DNA of 64,000 nucleotides from Oscillospiraceae bacterium. GTDB lineage: Bacteria; Bacillota; Clostridia; UMGS1883. Within the stretch, counting starts at the first letter, position 1, and each line of letters starts with the position of its first letter. A model generated the notes under the pieces. It made no database searches and was not told the origin of the DNA. It saw only the letters and a list, made by a program, of their open reading frames with translations. Positions 57,559 to 64,000 of this stretch are shown in pieces. Made by a program: the position numbers and the translations under genes. Location of the stretch: NCBI GenBank assembly GCA_015068735.1, contig SVJW01000006.1, forward strand, positions 519 to 64,518. The letters run 5' to 3'.

Positions 57559-60500
57559 ATGCTTTACAAAAAGAATCACACACCAAAGCTTGATATGGAG
57601 CTTTTTAAAAATCCTACATCAGAATACCGTGCCGCACCTTTCTGGGCGTGGAACTGCGAACTTGAATCCGAGGAGCTTCTTCGTCAGATAGAATGCCTTA
57701 AAGAAATGGGTATGGGCGGATTCCATATGCATACAAGAAGCGGTATGGCAACAAAGTATCTCAGTGACGAATTTATGCAGCTTGTAAAGGATTGCGTAGA
57801 AAAAGCTAAAAAGGAAGGTATGCTTGCATGGCTCTATGATGAGGATCGTTGGCCATCGGGTGCTGCAGGGGGCTATGTGACAAAAACACCTGAATTCAGA
57901 GAGAGAATGCTTCTTTTTACTGTGAATACTATTGAAAATATTGAGCCTAAAAACATTGCCATAAAAAACGCAACAAGTTACCTGCTCGGTGAATACGACG
58001 TTGTTTTAAATGAAAATGGAGAACTTGCCTCATATAAAAAACTTGAACCTGAAGAAGCTGCTAAAGGAACAAAATGGTATGCTTATATTGTTATAAATCC
58101 GCGTGAAGACCCAGGTTCCGGTTGGTTTAATGGTGGTACATACGTTGACACATTAAATCCAAAAGCAATGGAGCGGTTTATCGAAATTACTCACGAAGCT
58201 TACAAAAAAGCAGTAGGCGAGGAGTTCGGAAAAACTGTTCCTGCAATTTTCACGGATGAACCGCAGTTTTCTCACAAACAGACTCTTCCTTTTGCTGAAA
58301 GCAAAGTAGATGTTACGCTGCCCTGGACTCCGGATTTTGATGAGACCTATGAAAAGGCATATGGATTTGACATAAAGGATAAGCTTCCCGAACTTTTCTG
58401 GGAACTTCCTGACGGAGAAATTTCTATTGCAAGATATTACTACCACGACCATATATGTGAACGTTTTACAATTGCATTCAGCGACCTTTGCGGTAAGTGG
58501 TGCCGTGACAACGGAATTTATCTTACCGGCCATATGATGGAGGAAACCACACTTAAACGCCAGACAGCGGCAATAGGTGAAGCAATGCGTGCATACCGCT
58601 CATTTGAGCTTCCCGGGGTGGATATGCTTTGTAACCTTAAAGAGTTTGATACAGTAAAACAGGCGCAGTCTGCTTCCCGTCAGTACGGAAGAGAAGGTCT
58701 TATGAGCGAGCTTTACGGTGTTACAAACTGGGATTTTGACTTCCGCGGACATAAATATCAAGGCGATTGGCAGGCGGCTATGGGTGTAACGACCCGAGTC
58801 CATCACCTTTCCTGGGTTTCTATGAAAGGTTCTGCAAAACGTGACTATCCGGCGTCCATTAACTATCAGTCACCGTGGTATAAGGAGTATTCAAACATTG
58901 AAGACCATTTTGCAAGACTTAACACAGTTCTTACCCGTGGTAAGTCTGTAGTTAATGTTGGCGTAATTCATCCCATTGAAAGCTATTGGCTTCATTGGGG
59001 ACCTGCCGATAATACTTCTGAAATTCGTACACAGATGGATAAAAACTTTGAAAATATACTTAACTGGCTTCTTTTCGGCACAATTGATTTTGACTTTATC
59101 AGCGAATCCTGCCTGCCTTCTCTGTGTGGTAATATTGATGAGAAGCTTCAGGTAGGTGCGATGCAGTACAGCGCAATTGTTGTGCCTGCCTGCGAAACTT
59201 TGAGAAGCACAACCGTAGAAATTTTGAATAAATTTATTGACAATGGCGGAAAGGTTATATTTGCAGGTGATGCACCCAAGTATGTCGATGCAATTCCCAA
59301 CGAAGAAGCACATAAGCTTTTTGACCGTGCAATAGCCGTGCCTTTCGACAGACAAGCAATATTAAACGCGCTTTCTGATGAGCGCGATATTGAAATCAAG
59401 AATTCTCTTGGAAATACTCCCGAGCAGTTTATTTATCAGATGAAAAAAGATGGCGATATCCACCATCTCTTCATTGCAAATCCATATCCGGACCTTGATG
59501 AATATTGTAAGGGAACACAGCTCCCGACAAATGCAATAATAAAGATTAAGGGCGAATATACTCCTACCGTTATGAACACTTTGGACGGAGTATTGGAGGA
59601 TGTTGAATTTGAAGTAAGTGATGGTTACACAACTGTCTATTATGATTTCTATGAAAGTGACAGCTTACTTCTTAGCCTTGCGCCCTGCACATTGCGTTCA
59701 AGAAAAATCGATAAAAAAGAGCAGATAGTATTAGGCAAAGTTGATTTTAAAAACAAAGTATCCTACTCTCGTGAAGAAGATAACGTATGTATTCTTGACC
59801 TTGCAGAATATTCTATAGATGGCGGCCCCATGCAGGAAAAAGAGGAAATTCTCCGCATAGATAAATCTCTCAGACAGAATTTCTGCTGGCCTCTTGCAGA
59901 TGGCTCAGATGTACAGCCCTGGGTAATAGAAAAAGAAAAAATTTCCCATTTTGTTACATTAAAGTTTACTTTTGATAGTGAGAGTACACTAAGAGATGTT
60001 TGCTTCTGCTGTGAAGAATTGGAAGAACTCATCCTTAACGGAGAGAAAGTAACCTTAAAGGAATGCGGCTATTTTGTAGATAAATCTATCCGCAAATACA
60101 CATTACCCGAAATTATAAAAGGGGAAAATGTGATTCTTGCAAAGATGCCTTTCGGGAAAAGGACAAGTCTTGAAGCATGCTTCCTTACGGGTGATTTCAA
60201 TGTAAAGGTTGAAGGCTGTTGCATAACACTTCTGCCTCCTACAGAAACAATTGGTTTTGGTAATATTGTACCTCAGGGGCTTCCTTTCTACGGTGGTAAT
60301 ATTACATACTCTGCTGAAATAAATGTTCCCGAGGATTGCGACTTGATTGTCAATATAGGAAAATATGTTGGCGCACTTACTAAAATTTATATTGACGGCG
60401 AAGATAAAGGAGCACTTATCTATGCTCCATACGACAAGAAAATTGAAGGAGTAAAAGCAGGAAAGCATACAATAGAATTCAAGCTTTTCGGAAATCGCTA

Positions 60501-61527
60501 CAACACCTTCGGAGCTCTTCACGCCTGTGGTATAAATATGTGGTACGGTCCAAATAACTGGTACCAGTTCGATAATTCCTGGTGCTATGAGTACAACACC
60601 AAAGAAACAGGAATTTTGAAAAGTCCTGTTATTACAATGGTAAAAAAAAAGAGCCTGAGCAGAAAAGACGATAAAGCAGCAATAATATTCAAGGGTGATG
60701 ATAAGTTTGCCTACCGTGATCCTGCCTGCTATTATCACAACGGCACTTATTACTTATTCTTCACATTCTCAGAAAAGGATTCAGGATATATGTATATGCG
60801 TGTGGGAATGAGTGAGTCAAAGGATTTAAAAACATGGAGCGAACCTGTAATTCTTACTCCAAAGGATTTGAAACTTAATTATTGCAGCCCCGGTAACGTA
60901 ATTGAACATAACGGAGAATTTATTTTATGCTTTACGTCCTATCCGATGCCATTTACTTTTAAAGAATGTTGGTGGGCGGACGATACTGCGCGTGTGTTTA
61001 TTATGCGTACAAAGGATTTTAAAACCTTTACCGAGCCGGAGATTCTAATGCCGAAAGGGAACACTTCTGTAGAGGAATTAGGTAGAATGATAGATCCGTT
61101 TTTAATTAAGAAGGATGATTATTATTACTTGTTCTTTAAGCAGAATGGTGTCAGCTTTTCTCGTTCAAAGGATCTTAAAAATTGGGAATATCTCGGGAAT
61201 ACAAATGCCGGAGAGAATGTGTGCATTCTGAAGACTGATGAAGATTATCTGATGCTTCATTCTCCCGATACCGGTATCAGCTTCTCAAAATCAAAAGATT
61301 TAATAAATTGGGAAGAAATTAGTCATACCGTGCTTAAGCAAAGAGAGTGGGAATGGGCAGAGAGACGACTTACGGCAGGCTTTGCAATGGAAAGTGCTAA
61401 CGGCTTTAAATATAAGTACATTATCTTTTTCCATGGCTCAGTTGATGTATACCCCGAAACCCACGGAAATTCCACCCTTGCAATGGCATTTACAGATGAT
61501 TTCAAGAAATTTTACTACGAGATATAA
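57559..61527 (+). CDS. GH106-like glycoside hydrolase fused to a C-terminal five-bladed beta-propeller (GH43/GH32/GH130-like)
   Basis: APFWAWN, GGFHMH, YDEDRWPSG, IFTDEP, SELYGVT; C-terminal YRDP, SKDLKTWS, MIDP, GEN Asp-box repeats. Confidence 0.8.
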   Translation: MLYKKNHTPKLDMELFKNPTSEYRAAPFWAWNCELESEELLRQIECLKEMGMGGFHMHTRSGMATKYLSDEFMQLVKDCVEKAKKEGMLAWLYDEDRWPSGAAGGYVTKTPEFRERMLLFTVNTIENIEPKNIAIKNATSYLLGEYDVVLNENGELASYKKLEPEEAAKGTKWYAYIVINPREDPGSGWFNGGTYVDTLNPKAMERFIEITHEAYKKAVGEEFGKTVPAIFTDEPQFSHKQTLPFAESKVDVTLPWTPDFDETYEKAYGFDIKDKLPELFWELPDGEISIARYYYHDHICERFTIAFSDLCGKWCRDNGIYLTGHMMEETTLKRQTAAIGEAMRAYRSFELPGVDMLCNLKEFDTVKQAQSASRQYGREGLMSELYGVTNWDFDFRGHKYQGDWQAAMGVTTRVHHLSWVSMKGSAKRDYPASINYQSPWYKEYSNIEDHFARLNTVLTRGKSVVNVGVIHPIESYWLHWGPADNTSEIRTQMDKNFENILNWLLFGTIDFDFISESCLPSLCGNIDEKLQVGAMQYSAIVVPACETLRSTTVEILNKFIDNGGKVIFAGDAPKYVDAIPNEEAHKLFDRAIAVPFDRQAILNALSDERDIEIKNSLGNTPEQFIYQMKKDGDIHHLFIANPYPDLDEYCKGTQLPTNAIIKIKGEYTPTVMNTLDGVLEDVEFEVSDGYTTVYYDFYESDSLLLSLAPCTLRSRKIDKKEQIVLGKVDFKNKVSYSREEDNVCILDLAEYSIDGGPMQEKEEILRIDKSLRQNFCWPLADGSDVQPWVIEKEKISHFVTLKFTFDSESTLRDVCFCCEELEELILNGEKVTLKECGYFVDKSIRKYTLPEIIKGENVILAKMPFGKRTSLEACFLTGDFNVKVEGCCITLLPPTETIGFGNIVPQGLPFYGGNITYSAEINVPEDCDLIVNIGKYVGALTKIYIDGEDKGALIYAPYDKKIEGVKAGKHTIEFKLFGNRYNTFGALHACGINMWYGPNNWYQFDNSWCYEYNTKETGILKSPVITMVKKKSLSRKDDKAAIIFKGDDKFAYRDPACYYHNGTYYLFFTFSEKDSGYMYMRVGMSESKDLKTWSEPVILTPKDLKLNYCSPGNVIEHNGEFILCFTSYPMPFTFKECWWADDTARVFIMRTKDFKTFTEPEILMPKGNTSVEELGRMIDPFLIKKDDYYYLFFKQNGVSFSRSKDLKNWEYLGNTNAGENVCILKTDEDYLMLHSPDTGISFSKSKDLINWEEISHTVLKQREWEWAERRLTAGFAMESANGFKYKYIIFFHGSVDVYPETHGNSTLAMAFTDDFKKFYYEI

Positions 61528-63758
61528 TGACGGAGGAAAAAATGTACAAATTGAACTATAATAAAATCCCCACAGAATGGATTAACGGATTGCCGATAGG
61601 AAACGGCAGACTTGCCGCTATGTACTGGGGTAGTGATAAAAAAGATATCCTTTCTCTTAATCACGAGTATCTGTGGAGAGGCAAAAACAGACATAGAACT
61701 GCTGATTGTGTTGCAGATAAACTTCCTGTTCTGAGAGAGCTTCTTAAAAACCATGACTACTTTCGTGCATCTCTTTATGCAAATACTTTTTTTGCAGGCT
61801 ACGGCGGAGATACGGCATTAAAAGAAGGCAGAATTGATAAGTACCAGCCTGCAGGAGATATTATTCTTGAATTTTCCGATGCTTCAGAAAATAGCACAAG
61901 CTCGCTTGATCTTGAAAGAGGTTTTCTTACATCAAAAAGAAATGAGAAAATAACGGGAAATTTCTTCTGCGACAGTAATGACGGACTTGTTATGGCAAAG
62001 TGGCAAAGCGAAACGCCCTTCTCAGGAAAGCTTTCTTTCAGCCGTGTAGCAGATGCAGAAGCAGAAACCTGTGTGAAGTACAGCATAGATAATATCAGCT
62101 TTGATTGTTCTTTTGCCGGTGGAATTAGTTATAAGGTAGAAGTTAAAATCAAAGCAGACGGTACTTTGTCAATTTTAGAGGACGGAATTTTCATAAAAGA
62201 TGCCAAGGAAATTATTTTATCTGCAAATATAATTCTTTTTGAAAACGATAACAGAGAACATAACTTCGATTTTGATTCCTTGTTTGAAAAACACGCAAAA
62301 AAATTCAAGTCCTATATGAACAGAATGAGCTTTGAAGTAGAGGCAGAGGATATTGATCTTCCAATAGATGAAAGAATAAAAAAGATAAAACAGGGAGAAA
62401 GAGATGTAAAACTTCAGGAACTTTATTTCCATTATGGAAGATACCTTATGATTTCCTCCTGCGTTGCAGGAAAACTTCCTCCCAATCTTCAGGGTAAGTG
62501 GAACGGAGAAATTGATCCGCCTTGGAAATCCGACTATCATTTTGACATCAACTTGCAGATGAATGAATGGATGATAGAGGGTGCAAACCTTTCCGAATTT
62601 GCAGAAGGGCTTACGGATTTCTTGCTTTCTTTTGTTGAAAATGGTAAAGAATCTGCGCAAAAACTCTACGGTTGTCGTGGCATATGGCTTCCGCTGGCAT
62701 CAGATGTATGGGGCAGATGTACCCCTGAATCGTTTGGTTATGCCGTATGGGTTGGTGCCGCAGCATGGCTTGCTCAATCTATGTGGCAACACTATATTTA
62801 TACAGGAGATAAGAAATATCTTGAAGAAAAAGCATATAAGTTCTTTAAGGAAATTGCTATATTCTATGAAGATTTTCTCCAGGAAGATGAAAACGGCATT
62901 ATGCAGATTATGCCAAGTCAGTCTCCGGAAAACCGATTTGTGGGTGCCTGTGACATTATTACAGTAGGTATTTGCTCATCAAGTGCAATTGATGTTCAGC
63001 TTGCATATGATGCGTTGGGATATGCTATTAAAACAGCAGAAATTCTTGGTGTAGATGAGGATGAAAAGACGAGGTGGGAAACTCTCAGAAATAAGCTTCC
63101 TGAATTTAAAATAGGAAGTGACGGACGACTTATGGAATGGAATGAAGAATTTCAGGAAGAACAGCCCGGGCACAAACACCTTTCACACCTTTATGGCCTG
63201 TATCCGTCGGATATTTTCACTCCCGAAGGACGTAAAAAAGAATACGATGCTGCTATAAAATCCTTTGAATACAGAATGAGTCACGAAAGCGGATACACAG
63301 GCTGGAGCAGAGCATGGATTTCTTGCATCTGTGCAAGAATAGGAGATAGACAAGGCTTTTATAAGCAGATAGAAGGGCTTTTGAAAGATTTTGCAACAGA
63401 AAGCCTGCTTGATATCCATCCTGATCCTCTTAAGCCCGGTATTGATCCCGACATTTTCCAGATTGACGGAAACTTCGGTATGGTTTCAGCGGTAATGGAA
63501 GCATTGTGCGGATTTTTTGACGGAAAAGCTCATTTTCTACGCGGCTTGCCTGAAGAATGGAAAAACGGACATATTTCAGGAATGAAACTTCCCGGCGGAC
63601 ATACAGTTTCTTTTGAATGGAAAGATGGCAAGGTTACAAAACTTGAGGTTGTAATCGGATTCAGTGAGGGGTTAAAAGCTATAGTTAACGGAAAAGAAGT
63701 AACAATTGAGGGCAAAGAAGGAGAAACTAAATGCTTACAGAAAAAGGAACTATTTTAA
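61527..63758 (+). CDS. GH95 alpha-L-fucosidase/galactosidase
   Basis: LPIGNGRL, YGRYLMISS, PNLQGKW, DINLQMN, SPEN, HKHLSHLYGLYP, FQIDGNFG. Confidence 0.93.
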   Translation: MTEEKMYKLNYNKIPTEWINGLPIGNGRLAAMYWGSDKKDILSLNHEYLWRGKNRHRTADCVADKLPVLRELLKNHDYFRASLYANTFFAGYGGDTALKEGRIDKYQPAGDIILEFSDASENSTSSLDLERGFLTSKRNEKITGNFFCDSNDGLVMAKWQSETPFSGKLSFSRVADAEAETCVKYSIDNISFDCSFAGGISYKVEVKIKADGTLSILEDGIFIKDAKEIILSANIILFENDNREHNFDFDSLFEKHAKKFKSYMNRMSFEVEAEDIDLPIDERIKKIKQGERDVKLQELYFHYGRYLMISSCVAGKLPPNLQGKWNGEIDPPWKSDYHFDINLQMNEWMIEGANLSEFAEGLTDFLLSFVENGKESAQKLYGCRGIWLPLASDVWGRCTPESFGYAVWVGAAAWLAQSMWQHYIYTGDKKYLEEKAYKFFKEIAIFYEDFLQEDENGIMQIMPSQSPENRFVGACDIITVGICSSSAIDVQLAYDALGYAIKTAEILGVDEDEKTRWETLRNKLPEFKIGSDGRLMEWNEEFQEEQPGHKHLSHLYGLYPSDIFTPEGRKKEYDAAIKSFEYRMSHESGYTGWSRAWISCICARIGDRQGFYKQIEGLLKDFATESLLDIHPDPLKPGIDPDIFQIDGNFGMVSAVMEALCGFFDGKAHFLRGLPEEWKNGHISGMKLPGGHTVSFEWKDGKVTKLEVVIGFSEGLKAIVNGKEVTIEGKEGETKCLQKKELF

Positions 63759-64000
63759 AAATAACAGCAGGCAAAATATCGGATGGCTTTAAAGCCGAGA
63801 TTGTTGCAGATAACATAAAAAATATAAATTGGAATGTAAAAGATGCAAACGGCGAAACAAAAGCACAGGGAAGTGGTAACGATACAACCATTTCAGCTAT
63901 CTTTGATGCAGAAGCATGGTCAGTGGAAAAGCCTGTTCTTTACACCTTTACCGCCTGCATTACATATGACAACGGTGAAACAGAAGAGATTTCCGACCGT
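63731..64000 (+). CDS. GH2-like glycoside hydrolase (3'-truncated by window edge)
   Basis: ATG at 63731 after ggag; MLTEKG...AEAWSVEKPVLYTF (the WSxExPxLY motif of the GH2 Ig domain); open to the window end. Confidence 0.65.
   Translation, partial: MLTEKGTILKITAGKISDGFKAEIVADNIKNINWNVKDANGETKAQGSGNDTTISAIFDAEAWSVEKPVLYTFTACITYDNGETEEISDR

Overview
Low-GC Clostridia (Bacillota) chromosomal window with three parts. (1) 1-25.3 kb is mostly core genes: rpmA-obgE-yhbY-nadD-yqeK-rsfS-leuS-thrC, tig-clpP-clpX, an MFS transporter, a CapA-family gene, a NifU-like/GGGtGRT pair, a CofE-like ligase, an AraC gene divergent from a GH4 alpha-galacturonidase, and a ccdA-tlpA-FTR-trxA redox operon. (2) A five-tRNA cluster at 25.4-25.9 kb is followed by a duplication of the last tRNA's 3' end and putative integrase arm repeats. 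(3) 26.6-64 kb is a co-oriented Gram-positive polysaccharide utilisation locus, apparently for rhamnogalacturonan/pectin. It encodes AraC, two GH106-like enzymes, two SLH proteins, a PL26/YetA-like lyase, GH105, an ABC transporter, large multi-beta-sandwich secreted proteins, several SGNH esterases, GH95 and a GH2-like gene. The most unusual non-coding signals are: a ~455 bp cassette between 37-bp direct repeats carrying two tandem promoter-hairpin-polyT small-RNA units with no credible protein gene (20636-21091); three diverged copies of a ~275-305 bp Y-shaped palindromic element with compensatory base changes; a structured element between the duplicated tRNA-Lys ends; and a shared direct-repeat operator/promoter upstream of two PUL genes. 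Family assignments come from recognising motifs by eye, not from database searches.
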